Assembly: GCA_964412165.1 (NCBI GenBank)
Contig: CAYPMW010000002.1
Coordinates: 1,324-65,323, forward strand
Origin: an uncultured Gammaproteobacteria bacterium
GTDB lineage: Bacteria; Patescibacteriota; Microgenomatia; UBA10105
Length of the DNA stretch: 64,000 nucleotides
Reading direction: 5' to 3'
Part shown: positions 1 through 9,797 of the stretch, one piece after another
Layout: each line of letters begins with the position of its first letter
Numbering within the stretch: the first letter of the stretch is position 1
Notes under the pieces: generated by a model
What the model was told of the DNA's origin: nothing
Databases searched by the model: none
What the model saw: the letters and a program-made list of their open reading frames with translations, nothing else
Position numbers and translations under genes: made by a program

Positions 1-76
1 CTTCGTAGCACCAACCGGACTAACCCGGCTGGTGTCGTAAACGACATAATAGCCGGGACTCCTACCACCATTTGAT

Positions 77-88
77 TGTCAAAGAGCA
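77..88 (-). promoter_or_regulatory. boxA-like antitermination element
   Basis: TGCTCTTTGACA, one mismatch to boxA TGCTCTTTAACA; overlaps a near-perfect hairpin at 83-110. Confidence 0.6.
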
Positions 89-138
89 ATTTGCTTAAGC
101 AATTTGCTCTGCAGACTCCGTATCGACGCTCTTCGCGA

Positions 139-154
139 TCCGCCAACTGGCGGA
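139..154. repeat. Short REP-like palindrome TCCGCC-N4-GGCGGA
   Basis: tccgccaactggcgga; related copies at 252-285, 36269-36283, 47281-47310. Confidence 0.7.
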
Positions 155-328
155 CACCGACTCGAAGTAAGTCTGATCGCGGGGTCAAAGTACAGAATAA
201 ATTGCCGCAAATACTATTGATGTTTTCAATAGTTATGAATATTCTAGTCTCTCCGCCTTCTCCGCCAGCTGGCAGATTCGGCGAATGATGCATTTCTAAC
301 TCTCATTTCATTGGGCAAGAACTGCATC

Positions 329-351
329 AAAAAACCCGCCAAGTCGGCGGG
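329..351 (-). terminator. Intrinsic terminator
   Basis: Minus strand CCCGCC-GACTT-GGCGGG-TTTTTT. Confidence 0.75.
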
Positions 352-398
352 CTGACCCGAGTTTACTGTCGACTTGGACTATTGCATAACTATGCACA

Positions 399-427
399 AT
401 TGTAGCAAAGGGAAATGGTTGTGTCAA
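399..427 (-). promoter_or_regulatory. sigma70-type promoter
   Basis: TTGACA-17 bp-TACAAT with extended -10 TG on minus strand. Confidence 0.8.
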
Positions 428-461
428 TGGACTTGAATTTAATGTTGACGTCTGTGATACT

Positions 462-1043
462 ATGTATCCCGATATGAAACCCGTTGATATGCGAACAGGC
501 GGGGAAACATCTCAAACCTCTTCATTTTTTGAACTGTTCAAAAACATCGCTCTCGGCACCCCAGTGGACAACGGCGTAAGGATCAGGTATTTGACCAATC
601 GGATCGACCCAGGATATCATCTGACAATCGCTTATCTTGAGTATCCAGATTCCCAGGTTTTCGGTCCTCAATCAGGACTGATTCCCTCAGACATGCAGTT
701 CCCCATAATTGCAGTCCAGTTGTGGCATGAAATCAGGCAAAATATAGTAAAAAGCCCTTGGGGAACTGTGCCAGCCACTGCCCGGGGAGCAGATGGGCAT
801 ACATACCAGTTTTATAATATCTACTTCTTAGATAGTTTGGGACATGCTTCACGACTTGAGGTCGTTGAATATACGGCGCACAGTGATGAATTGGATATGC
901 TTAGTTTCGTTCCTGATCCGCTTCAATCCCGCCAGGCTGATTTTGATCATGAGGATACCGCGACGTTCCAATCAATTTTTGACGGTGTGCATGACGGGGA
1001 ATTTTATCTCTGGGATTCCCAACAATTATTTTCGTTGAAATAA
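462..1043 (+). CDS. Hypothetical protein
   Basis: 193-aa ORF with promoter-like sequence upstream; no recognised motif. Confidence 0.6.
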   Translation: MYPDMKPVDMRTGGETSQTSSFFELFKNIALGTPVDNGVRIRYLTNRIDPGYHLTIAYLEYPDSQVFGPQSGLIPSDMQFPIIAVQLWHEIRQNIVKSPWGTVPATARGADGHTYQFYNIYFLDSLGHASRLEVVEYTAHSDELDMLSFVPDPLQSRQADFDHEDTATFQSIFDGVHDGEFYLWDSQQLFSLK

Positions 1044-1084
1044 TTAAGCTCCTTTTACCCGGTCCCTATTCGGTGTTTATTACA

Positions 1085-1504
1085 TCACCGGGTTTTACGC
1101 TTGATTGGTCTTAGGGTATATATAAATGAACCAAACTGTCCGGCAATAAAATAACCGCATTGGAGATATTTATTCATGATAAATTCAGCTTTGCGCATGT
1201 CAGGAAGAGGTACTACCACAGGCTCTACAAGCAACGGATTATAAATGAGAAAATTATAAAACAGTTGCGTCTCATCAAGACGGGATACTGTATGGTCACT
1301 GCCTGAAAATTCACCCAGTAGCAGGATACAAAGGCCAGGAGGAACCGGCCGCTCAAATTCCGGCTTTCCGGTCCTTGGATTGACTGGAGCTCCCGTCACA
1401 AATCCACCGGCACGCGGATCATTAAGCACACGGTCAAAATTTTCCTCACCGTACCACGTTTGACTGTCAGTGGCGACGGCGTATCGTTGTTCTACCAGGA
1501 TCAT
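1085..1504 (-). CDS. Hypothetical protein
   Basis: 139-aa ORF preceded by TATAAT. Confidence 0.55.
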   Translation of the reverse strand: MILVEQRYAVATDSQTWYGEENFDRVLNDPRAGGFVTGAPVNPRTGKPEFERPVPPGLCILLLGEFSGSDHTVSRLDETQLFYNFLIYNPLLVEPVVVPLPDMRKAEFIMNKYLQCGYFIAGQFGSFIYTLRPIKRKTR

Positions 1505-1676
1505 TAAACATATGATTATACAAAAATCAAGTACATATCTGAAGCAGGATGTCTACGATAACGAAAACTATTAGGTAATATTACGATTCTGACTTGGTTT
1601 GTTTATGCATTTTCCTTTTAAAAATAAACTTGTACTAACGCTTTACGAAACTTGGATGAGGGGATAAACTTACAGC

Positions 1677-2297
1677 ATGATTGATCGGGTAGACGCAAAT
1701 CAACCTCACGCAGAATCTTCCCACATCCGTATAGTACAGTTGCCACTTGAGAGGATTTCGTTTAAACAACATGGCGAGGGAGCCTGGCGTACGGTTAATG
1801 CGGCAGCGGTAAGTAGTGCGCTTTTCCGTTCTCTGACTGGCCTGGGTGTTAAATTTCCAATTCGTCACAATCAAATCGGGTCGAGTGTGATCTCTCAAAA
1901 CGCAAGGCCTCCGCAAAACATACAGCTGGTGGAAAACACAGCGCCTCTTGTTTGGCTTGAAAGTAACATCACTGAAATCGGACAAGGCGCCACTGACCCA
2001 TATCCTGTACAGCAGGCAAAACGCGAAGCGATCAACAATTACGAGGAACTTCTTACATGGATAAATTATTACCACCGAGGGAAAACTGATATCCGGCCCG
2101 ATCCAACTGCGATACTACCTAATGTTCGACTGATGGTCAGGATTGATATTGCGGAGAGACTGGAATACGATTCCCTAAAATCCCCTGAGGGAGAGGCGAC
2201 ACTTAAGGCACTTGCTCGAAGCCTCTGTAGATATGCCAATATGACCTCTACTCAGATCACCCAACTCCTCTCTGGTTTTCGCTTTACTCTCAGTTGA
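1677..2297 (+). CDS. Hypothetical protein
   Basis: 206-aa ORF with globular composition; preferred over the antisense ORF. Confidence 0.55.
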   Translation: MIDRVDANQPHAESSHIRIVQLPLERISFKQHGEGAWRTVNAAAVSSALFRSLTGLGVKFPIRHNQIGSSVISQNARPPQNIQLVENTAPLVWLESNITEIGQGATDPYPVQQAKREAINNYEELLTWINYYHRGKTDIRPDPTAILPNVRLMVRIDIAERLEYDSLKSPEGEATLKALARSLCRYANMTSTQITQLLSGFRFTLS

Positions 2298-2393
2298 TTT
2301 CTGCGGTATATATTTTTTTGATTGAATTCGAGACCTGCATTAAAAAATTTAAAGTTCGTGGATCGGTTTGTATCTAACGATCCAGGAAATTTA

Positions 2394-2927
2394 CTAAGCA
2401 ATTTGTTTGGTGATTTCATAAAGAACGATCCCGCAGGAGACCATCACGTTAAGCGATTTATTTACCCCAAACATCGGCAGCTCAACGATCAAATCGGCGA
2501 TATCTAGTACTTCTTTTGATACTCCGTGCGTCTCGTTACCCACGACTAAAGCGAGCGGCAATTCGTATTTTGCTTGATCAAACCTTTCGCTTTTCTCGCT
2601 TTGCTCAACAACAATAATCTTGATCTCTGAATGCTGGTTCTTAAGCTTGATAATCGCTTCAATCGCAGTCAGAGCATATTCCCACTCTACCCACTTCCAC
2701 GTTGACACCGAAGCTTTCTTAATTCTTGTATGCGGTGGGGTTAGTGATTCTCCACAAATATAAATTTTTTGAGCAGCCACCGCATCTGCGAGTCGGAAAA
2801 TAGATCCGACATTATACGTATCCAGAACGTTATCAAGAATGATATAAATTGATCGTTTCTTGATAGCTTTAATTTGTTCCGGAGTCGGATCAGTTGTCCG
2901 AAGTTCCTGCGCGTTGAGCTTAAGCAT
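2394..2927 (-). CDS. TrmH/SpoU-family RNA methyltransferase
   Basis: SPOUT motifs NVGSIFR, LVVGNETHGVS, LPMFG..KSLNV; start taken at MLKLN. Confidence 0.9.
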   Translation of the reverse strand: MLKLNAQELRTTDPTPEQIKAIKKRSIYIILDNVLDTYNVGSIFRLADAVAAQKIYICGESLTPPHTRIKKASVSTWKWVEWEYALTAIEAIIKLKNQHSEIKIIVVEQSEKSERFDQAKYELPLALVVGNETHGVSKEVLDIADLIVELPMFGVNKSLNVMVSCGIVLYEITKQIA

Positions 2928-2977
2928 ATAAATATTATACATGAAGCCTCACGCTGCCAGTATGATACTATATCAAT

Positions 2978-3844
2978 ATGCACATCGTCTCAACATTTTT
3001 TCGAGTATTTTTCAAAAGTTTAACTTCACTGTCGTATTACCGCGATGTAGTGAAAGCACCGTTTACGTTTTCGCTTAAATATTTCCTCTTTTTTTCACTA
3101 CTTTTAGGCAGTCTCGCAACTTTCGGAGTTTCAAGTCTAGTCCTTCCCCACGTTACAGTCTTTGTAGACCGATTTGAGAAACGAGCCAACGACCTCTATC
3201 CAGAAGATTTAGTGATCACTATCAAAAACGGCATACTAACTACTAACGCCAATGATCCCATTCGTTTCCCCATCCCATTTGAATTGTTTCTGGAAATCCC
3301 ACCGGCAATCCCCGACAGCAAACAACTCTATCTCGTCACCCTTGATCCATCGTTTGTAAATTCTGAAACCAAAGTAAAGAACTCTCTATTTTATTTCACC
3401 CAAAACTACTTATATATATCTGACGGAGAAAATTCCACTCAGTACTCCTTAAGTGACTTTGGCGACGTTAAGATCACTAAAAGTGGGGTCAACAGATTTA
3501 TCCAAACCATCATCCCCTTATTAAAAATGGTACCAGCACTTCTCGTGGTAGTATTCATGCTACTTTTTTTTATCATTTGGCCTATTTTGAGACTTATAAG
3601 CCTGCTATTTCATACTACACTCCTTTTACTAGTTGCAAATCTTATTGGTATATCTCTCCCATTTGTCAAAATGTATCAGATTGGGCTGCATTCAATGACG
3701 TTTTCGACCATACTCAGGACCGTCCTGATGGCATTTTCAATTAGTCCGGCGGTTCCGCTTTTCGATTCGGTGATATTTCTTTTGTTTAATCTGGCGGTAC
3801 TTGCCGAGCTAAAACATCCACAACGCCATAAGTCCCAAAGCTAA
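2978..3844 (+). CDS. DUF1189-like membrane protein
   Basis: N-terminal TM, soluble loop, several C-terminal TMs. Confidence 0.6.
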   Translation: MHIVSTFFRVFFKSLTSLSYYRDVVKAPFTFSLKYFLFFSLLLGSLATFGVSSLVLPHVTVFVDRFEKRANDLYPEDLVITIKNGILTTNANDPIRFPIPFELFLEIPPAIPDSKQLYLVTLDPSFVNSETKVKNSLFYFTQNYLYISDGENSTQYSLSDFGDVKITKSGVNRFIQTIIPLLKMVPALLVVVFMLLFFIIWPILRLISLLFHTTLLLLVANLIGISLPFVKMYQIGLHSMTFSTILRTVLMAFSISPAVPLFDSVIFLLFNLAVLAELKHPQRHKSQS

Positions 3845-3881
3845 CATCCGTCCTTTAGGCGCCGCTGATATAATAACAGTA

Positions 3882-4646
3882 ATGTTTAAAAAATTGCTTT
3901 TGATGATCCTCGGGGTATTCGCAATCGGAATTGGGATTATTACGTATTTTGACTTGAGCGAAAAAAACGAGACTAAAGTGCCATTTGTCGTATCGCCGTC
4001 TCCCATACCATCAGCAGATGGATCTCAAATGGTAGTAGTAAACCAAAAATCATATTCGGTATTTGTACAAGCTGTGGGCGACCCTTCCCAACTCATACTC
4101 ATCCCAAATTTTAAGGATAAAATTCTTTCCCGTGAAATTATTGAAAATAATGGTTGTCTGTACGGGATAAATGGCGGTTTCTACACAACCAAAAATACCC
4201 CTCTGGGACTCTTTTATACAAAAGGGGTGTATTATGAAAAAAAGCTACATCGGTCAACGCTAACAAACGGATATGTGTTTTTCAAAGACAGAACGCTCCA
4301 CATATCAACCTCTCCTCCTGCCTCCGAATCAACTGATTTTGTTTTCCAAACCGGACCCTTTTTTACTCCGTCTACCCAACTCTCTATTGTTAATGATGAA
4401 CCTTCACGCCGGATGCTAGTGGGAATTGACTCCCGAGAAAACGGGTATTTTATAGCCGTAGTGAGTCGGGAAAATGTCCATTCGGGCCCTCTGCTTGCTG
4501 ATCTGCCACAAATCGCAGGTAAACTTAATCCCACTTTTACACAACTGGTCAATCTAGATGGCGGATCGGCATCAGCATATTATATAAAATATAAAGTTCA
4601 ATACTCCGAACTCACTCCGATTGGCAGCTTCCTGTGCGGAAAATAG
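3882..4646 (+). CDS. Phosphodiester glycosidase (NAGPA-like) exported protein
   Basis: INGGFY and NLDGGS motifs; N-terminal anchor. Confidence 0.8.
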   Translation: MFKKLLLMILGVFAIGIGIITYFDLSEKNETKVPFVVSPSPIPSADGSQMVVVNQKSYSVFVQAVGDPSQLILIPNFKDKILSREIIENNGCLYGINGGFYTTKNTPLGLFYTKGVYYEKKLHRSTLTNGYVFFKDRTLHISTSPPASESTDFVFQTGPFFTPSTQLSIVNDEPSRRMLVGIDSRENGYFIAVVSRENVHSGPLLADLPQIAGKLNPTFTQLVNLDGGSASAYYIKYKVQYSELTPIGSFLCGK

Positions 4647-4701
4647 ACTCGATTGATTCTAAATCTTGACAGTATGATGTTTATTTTGCTACGGTAGTGA
4701 T

Positions 4702-5028
4702 ATGGAAGAAAATATCACTCAAACTGTAACCATGACTTCACCACATACCAAAAGTAATTGGCCGCGTACTCTGCTCCTTATCCTGTTGTTAGCTACACTT
4801 CTGGGTGCTGGAGCACTCACGTTTGTGGTGGTCAGTAATAAACAATACCTTAATACTCCAGTCAATGATGTACCCGTGGCGTCTCCTGAATCAGGCACAA
4901 CTACCAATCCGTTTGAAGATACTGCTCAGGTAAACCCATTCGATAGCGAACCTAATGACGAAAACCCGTTCGACCAATTCGCATCGGAAGAAGAAACCGA
5001 TACTGGTGTGTATCAAAATCCGTTTTAA
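4702..5028 (+). CDS. Small single-TM protein with acidic tail carrying four NPF motifs
   Basis: TM helix, then NPF x4; TTGACA promoter upstream. Confidence 0.75.
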   Translation: MEENITQTVTMTSPHTKSNWPRTLLLILLLATLLGAGALTFVVVSNKQYLNTPVNDVPVASPESGTTTNPFEDTAQVNPFDSEPNDENPFDQFASEEETDTGVYQNPF

Positions 5029-5031
5029 TAT

Positions 5032-5913
5032 ATGAAGCGAGTCTTACGAACTATACTAGTTGGCGGAGTGCTCTTGGTACTGCTTTTGGTGGTAAAAAAT
5101 TCAAATGCCTTTGAATACCCGATAAAAGAACTGGGTGGGTGCCGTGACCAAAGAGAGTGCCGGCTTTTTTGTGAAATTCCCAACCATAAAGCTGCCTGCT
5201 GGTCATGGGGCGTTTATAGCATGAAGCGAGCCGTACTCGGTGAATCCACACCTGAAGAAAAACTTGCTCCACTCGACGTTACATTCCCCATCGCTGAGCT
5301 CGGCAATTGTGAAAATTTAGCCGATTGCCGCGAGTTTTGCGCGTCTCCCTCCAATAAATATTCTTGTCGAGTTTACGGGCAAACACACGGTCTAACCAAT
5401 AAACAAAAAATCATTGATCGGGCAGAGGAAGAACTCGGATGTACCACACAAGCAGAATGTCGCGCTTACTGCGAAATCGAAACCAATAAGGACACCTGCC
5501 GCGAATTTGCTAAAAAATACCATCTGCGCCGGGTATCCAAAGCGCGGATTATAGAGTATGCGAAAACCGATTTAGGTTGCGATACGTATGAATCATGCCG
5601 AATTTACTGTGCTGACAGTGTTCACCGTGAAGAATGTCGAGATTTTGCCCAAAAAATCGGCAGAAGCGCGAGAAGAATAATCAAAACAAAAGGTGACTGT
5701 AAGACTGTAGATGAATGTAGGGATTTCTGCGAAGAACTTCCAAATGAGTGTCCAAATTTTCCAAAAACAGGTAGATTTGATCAAAAACGTATCGATGATA
5801 GCTTAGATGATGGAGAAGATGAAACAAATGAGACAGATGAAACAAACCAGTCCCAAGATGATACTGTCAACGATGATGGTGATGAAGCTGGAGACTCCGA
5901 CCTTGATCAATAG
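5032..5913 (+). CDS. Exported cysteine-rich repeat protein
   Basis: Signal peptide; repeats C-x5-C-x3-C-x8-C; acidic tail. Confidence 0.8.
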   Translation: MKRVLRTILVGGVLLVLLLVVKNSNAFEYPIKELGGCRDQRECRLFCEIPNHKAACWSWGVYSMKRAVLGESTPEEKLAPLDVTFPIAELGNCENLADCREFCASPSNKYSCRVYGQTHGLTNKQKIIDRAEEELGCTTQAECRAYCEIETNKDTCREFAKKYHLRRVSKARIIEYAKTDLGCDTYESCRIYCADSVHREECRDFAQKIGRSARRIIKTKGDCKTVDECRDFCEELPNECPNFPKTGRFDQKRIDDSLDDGEDETNETDETNQSQDDTVNDDGDEAGDSDLDQ

Positions 5914-5980
5914 TGACCATTTCGCATCTCTTCCCCTCTCTACCACCCTATAATATTTAAATAAGGAAACGAATACGGTC

Positions 5981-6601
5981 TTAACTCTGACTCACTGCAT
6001 GGGGAGGGGATATCAAGTCAATTATCTTCCATGATACATATCCTACCAACCATCCCAAAACTGCGCCTGCGACTACATCAAGTGGGTAATGTTTACCTAA
6101 AAAAATGCGGGAGAAAGCAGTGAGAACAGCAAACCCGATAAAAATGATGCGGGCAATTCTATTGCGTTGCCGGGAATGCCTTTTTCCATGTTTTCCATAA
6201 GTTTCTTCCCGCGTCACGATGTAAGCTCCGGCAAAGGCAATTGCCGCGTGTCCTGAGGGAAACGCAAAATCATTGTTCCAAGGAACAGCCGCAGGTTTTT
6301 CTTTAACTACAATAACCTGGTTTCCTATCCGCAAATCTGGACGAGGTCGCCTCACGATAGGTTTGATAAAACCCGATGCCAGCCATCCAGCAATAAGAAG
6401 TGCCAGGATAAGTCTGACTATAAATATTTTTTCTCTGCGCTCCTCAAGTATGGTCACTGTGACACCAATTACTGTCCAGATAATGAGCGGATAAAACGAG
6501 AAAAACAGAAATATCTGGTCAATACCTTCCGAATGAGGTAGAGAGTTAATCGCTAAAAATAAAGCCCGATCAAAAGTAGTAAAAAGTCCGATAAGATCCA
6601 T
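5981..6601 (-). CDS. PAP2-family phosphatase (undecaprenyl-pyrophosphate phosphatase-like)
   Basis: KxxxxRPRP, FPSGH, SRIFLGKHYPLDV motifs. Confidence 0.9.
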   Translation of the reverse strand: MDLIGLFTTFDRALFLAINSLPHSEGIDQIFLFFSFYPLIIWTVIGVTVTILEERREKIFIVRLILALLIAGWLASGFIKPIVRRPRPDLRIGNQVIVVKEKPAAVPWNNDFAFPSGHAAIAFAGAYIVTREETYGKHGKRHSRQRNRIARIIFIGFAVLTAFSRIFLGKHYPLDVVAGAVLGWLVGYVSWKIIDLISPPHAVSQS

Positions 6602-6642
6602 ATAACTATAATACACAAAAAAAGATCACGTGAACATCAAAT

Positions 6643-6975
6643 TCAGGTTGAAGGAGTAATAGATGGAGATGGAGAGACTTTAGCACGAGGTGAAGGTGAA
6701 ACAAGAGAAGATGGAGAAGGTGTTTCAGCCTCCGCTGTTGACTCCGGCTCCTCAGACGCATTTGGAGTCGGTTCCAAATCCGTCCCAGGTGAAGCAAAAA
6801 TAATTCGCACATTACCTTTGTCATCCGGTAAAGGAGAAATCAACCCTTGACTCCTACCTATAAACAAAAAAATTCCCATCGCAACTATCAAAACAAGTAT
6901 CACTCCAAGCAAAATAAATAATCTTATGGGTGTTGGATCTCTACCGGTTATTTCCATGACCATTGAATTATACAC
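6643..6975 (-). CDS. Single-TM protein with Ser/Pro/Thr-rich tail
   Basis: Hydrophobic helix and SPSP repeats. Confidence 0.7.
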   Translation of the reverse strand: MYNSMVMEITGRDPTPIRLFILLGVILVLIVAMGIFLFIGRSQGLISPLPDDKGNVRIIFASPGTDLEPTPNASEEPESTAEAETPSPSSLVSPSPRAKVSPSPSITPST

Positions 6976-7059
6976 TATATGATAAAATTTTCATTTTTAT
7001 GTAAGAAATATGTATTCCTTACTATAGAGAGTGCCATCAAACGTGGAAGCTAAGGTAGA

Positions 7060-7908
7060 TTACAGATGGATTAAGATCCTCACTACTTCAAATATGCCGT
7101 AAAATGCCAGACCAATGAAGGCAAACGTTCCTAGGAAACTGACCCATTCATTTTTCACGGCGGAAATAGTCTTTCCAGGAGATAAAAATAACCCGATGTT
7201 AAGTATAGTATGTGCGGCAAATACGCCAATTGAAAAACCAAATACGTTTATTATTGAAAAAAGAGGCACATAACCTGCGAAATCATCAAGTCCTAGGATA
7301 AACGGAACAGAAAAAGAAAACGTAAATAAGGCCATCCATGAAAGGCCCTCTCTACCTTTTAGTTTTTCTCCCAAGTCGGGCATAATTCTAGATAATACAG
7401 GATCTATAATTTTTTTAACCAGATCAAGAAATTTATGAAGCCCTAAGAAAATAGATCGCTTCACCGGGTGTGCTCCTTCCCATGAAGCAAAGTGTTCAAG
7501 ACCACCATGTGCCAACTCAAATAAAACCAGTGATGCCAAAAACACCATAGCTGCAAGAAGGAGTTCTACTTCTTTAAATACCACCCAGATGGCAATCACT
7601 ACCAGCGTACCTAAAGCATTCCCGAGTGCTGTACCAATTTCAATCGCAATCCTACTTCTCCATCCTGGATTAGTGGCCATCATCCTACCCATAAAAATGG
7701 CAAAATCAATCGCGGTTTTAAGGTAAATGGTGAATCCGACGAAAATATCAACGGGTCTTGCCACCAAAACAATCCTTTCCCCCACGGGAAGAAGGTCGAT
7801 GATATATATGAAAAGGTATAGTAGCAAAATTAGTCCGACTAAGATCACCACTGTCAGGAATAGAGGCACTATCTGCTGTAATGATTTTGACCGGTCAATG
7901 AAATTCAT
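7060..7908 (-). CDS. Multi-TM membrane protein, CadD/LysE-like transporter
   Basis: Multiple TMs; LGLDDFAGYVPLF resembles the CadD GxDNxxxYxPLF motif. Confidence 0.55.
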   Translation of the reverse strand: MNFIDRSKSLQQIVPLFLTVVILVGLILLLYLFIYIIDLLPVGERIVLVARPVDIFVGFTIYLKTAIDFAIFMGRMMATNPGWRSRIAIEIGTALGNALGTLVVIAIWVVFKEVELLLAAMVFLASLVLFELAHGGLEHFASWEGAHPVKRSIFLGLHKFLDLVKKIIDPVLSRIMPDLGEKLKGREGLSWMALFTFSFSVPFILGLDDFAGYVPLFSIINVFGFSIGVFAAHTILNIGLFLSPGKTISAVKNEWVSFLGTFAFIGLAFYGIFEVVRILIHL

Positions 7909-7962
7909 AGATTGCTTCCATTTAATGTTATAACTATGTATTATAGATAAGATAGTCAGATT

Positions 7963-9309
7963 ATGCTAACTCCTCCCCATACCAATGGCGACAATAAAAC
8001 TCAAACAAGCAGGTCCGCTCCATCTTCCGAATCACATATATCCTACGTCACGACTCAAACAAGAACATCCTTATTCAAGCAAGAAAGAACCAGAAAAGTG
8101 ATGTTTGTCGCGACTTGGGTAATTTTCATTTTCATAGTTCTCCTTTTTATGCCCATCCCCTACTACAATTCTAAAAACCCTCAGTGTCAAGTCGCTACAA
8201 ATTGTCTCTATAAGGGTTGGGGTATTGGCCCGTCCATATTGCAGATGTTCTTTCCAGCCTCCATCTCCCAACAACTCCAGTCACCGCCGATTAAGGCAGC
8301 AGCTACTCCTGATCTTACAGCTAATTGGAAAATGTACGAAAATGCTCAGTATAATTTCAGATTTAAATATCCACTAGAGATCCGAAAAATCAGTTCACCG
8401 ACAAAATCTAACCTCATTCTTCTACGAAATGAAATAATTGAGGACCCTATCTTCGATTTATGCGGTATTAAAAATGCCATTGTTACTGTCGAAATGACTC
8501 CACAATTTGATGCTCCGAACACCACAAAGTGGCCACCAATTAAACTGAGCGTTGCTCAAGATGCATTAGAACCAAATGTCAGCATTAACGAGTGGTTACT
8601 GACGAATTGCCAAGGTGAGTGGGTATTTTATGCAAGTCCACAAAAGACTGTCGTTGTCGATGGGTACGAGGCACTTTTATTAAGTGGTGGAAGTAAAACA
8701 ACTCCGCATTATGGCTTTACGCAATTGGCTCTCGTGAAAAAAGAAGATTATATTTTTTTGGTACAGTCGCAAGACAATCTCCAACCACAATGTGTCTTGG
8801 GAGAAGAATGTCCTGACTACCAAACAAACCAGCTGTTTAACCAAATCCTTTCTACGTTTGAATTCATTGATAACAAAACAATTGCAGGTAAAAAGGTCGA
8901 AAACCAAATTCCTCAAGATGCATATTGTCAAAGTGATGCTGATTGCGGGGTAAATATCTGCGATTGCAAGGCGCAAAATAGTAACTACATCAAAGACGAA
9001 GATAAAATTTGCATGAGAGTTTGTTCAGGAACTCCGGTGTGTTTTAAAAATCGATGTATCTTCAAGGGTAATGAAGATAAATACTATCTAGAGATTGACA
9101 ATGTTCCCGAAATTTCCTGGAATGAAGCCATGGTTCTCATCAACGGCTGCCAAGTGGTGAGTGTAACTCAGTCCCATGCACTCGGAGTTATGCTGACATT
9201 ACGTGATCGAACCATGAAGTATGCTCTTGAACCTGAAATAGATGATGTACTACATGCTGCAAGAGCAGTAAATGATACGTGCGGACCGATCCAAATGGCA
9301 ACTGAATAG
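7963..9309 (+). CDS. Membrane-anchored Cys-rich extracellular protein with PsbP-like segment
   Basis: TM; WKMYENAQYNFRFKYP...FNQILSTFEF; Cys-rich module. Confidence 0.7.
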   Translation: MLTPPHTNGDNKTQTSRSAPSSESHISYVTTQTRTSLFKQERTRKVMFVATWVIFIFIVLLFMPIPYYNSKNPQCQVATNCLYKGWGIGPSILQMFFPASISQQLQSPPIKAAATPDLTANWKMYENAQYNFRFKYPLEIRKISSPTKSNLILLRNEIIEDPIFDLCGIKNAIVTVEMTPQFDAPNTTKWPPIKLSVAQDALEPNVSINEWLLTNCQGEWVFYASPQKTVVVDGYEALLLSGGSKTTPHYGFTQLALVKKEDYIFLVQSQDNLQPQCVLGEECPDYQTNQLFNQILSTFEFIDNKTIAGKKVENQIPQDAYCQSDADCGVNICDCKAQNSNYIKDEDKICMRVCSGTPVCFKNRCIFKGNEDKYYLEIDNVPEISWNEAMVLINGCQVVSVTQSHALGVMLTLRDRTMKYALEPEIDDVLHAARAVNDTCGPIQMATE

Positions 9310-9413
9310 GATACCGCATATTAACGGTCCGGGATCGTTAAAGACCCAAAATCAGATCAATAAAGGATAGTAATTGATCTCACAGATATTTTCTTAGTAG
9401 TATATATTTATAC

Positions 9414-9785
9414 ATGAAAAAAATCCTTATAGCCTTTTTATTAGTGATGTGTATGACTGTACTTTTGATGTCACTCTTTATTTTTTTTAGCACTATTCCT
9501 ACCATAACAAAATTAGGTAGATGTTTTGATGAAAGGGAGGCGCGTGGTATATACCAGGATTTTAAAATTGCGAAAAATCAGGAAGAACGGTGTAAAATCT
9601 CCTTTTATGATTATCCTCTATTTGTCACATGTGAAAATAAGGTGGAAAATAATCAAAATTTTCCTAACGAGGTTATGTTAACAAAGAAAATTATGAGTAT
9701 AGTCCGTCCAGAATATCGAAATAAAAACATCAAGGATTCGCATAACAAGATTTGTAATAATTATCCTCAGTATATAATTCAATAG
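9414..9785 (+). CDS. Exported hypothetical protein
   Basis: N-terminal hydrophobic helix, four downstream Cys; AT-rich. Confidence 0.6.
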   Translation: MKKILIAFLLVMCMTVLLMSLFIFFSTIPTITKLGRCFDEREARGIYQDFKIAKNQEERCKISFYDYPLFVTCENKVENNQNFPNEVMLTKKIMSIVRPEYRNKNIKDSHNKICNNYPQYIIQ

Positions 9786-9797
9786 GTATTCTTTACC

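Larger units (their letters stand above)
1..190 (-). other. Probable rRNA gene leader; the rRNA itself (possibly 23S) would lie left of the window
   Basis: Non-coding and hairpin-rich. boxA-like TGCTCTTTGACA on minus strand (77-88). Minus strand ends ...GGTGCTACGAAG, reminiscent of a 23S 5' end. Confidence 0.5.

Noticed and set aside
76-288. 70-aa ORF
   Set aside because: Runs antisense through the boxA-like site and palindromes; no protein signal.
300-395. Known riboswitch (c-di-GMP, ZTP, fluoride)
   Set aside because: Conserved cores not recognisable; reported only as an attenuator-like element.
1635-2075. 146-aa antisense ORF
   Set aside because: Shadow of the longer plus-strand ORF.
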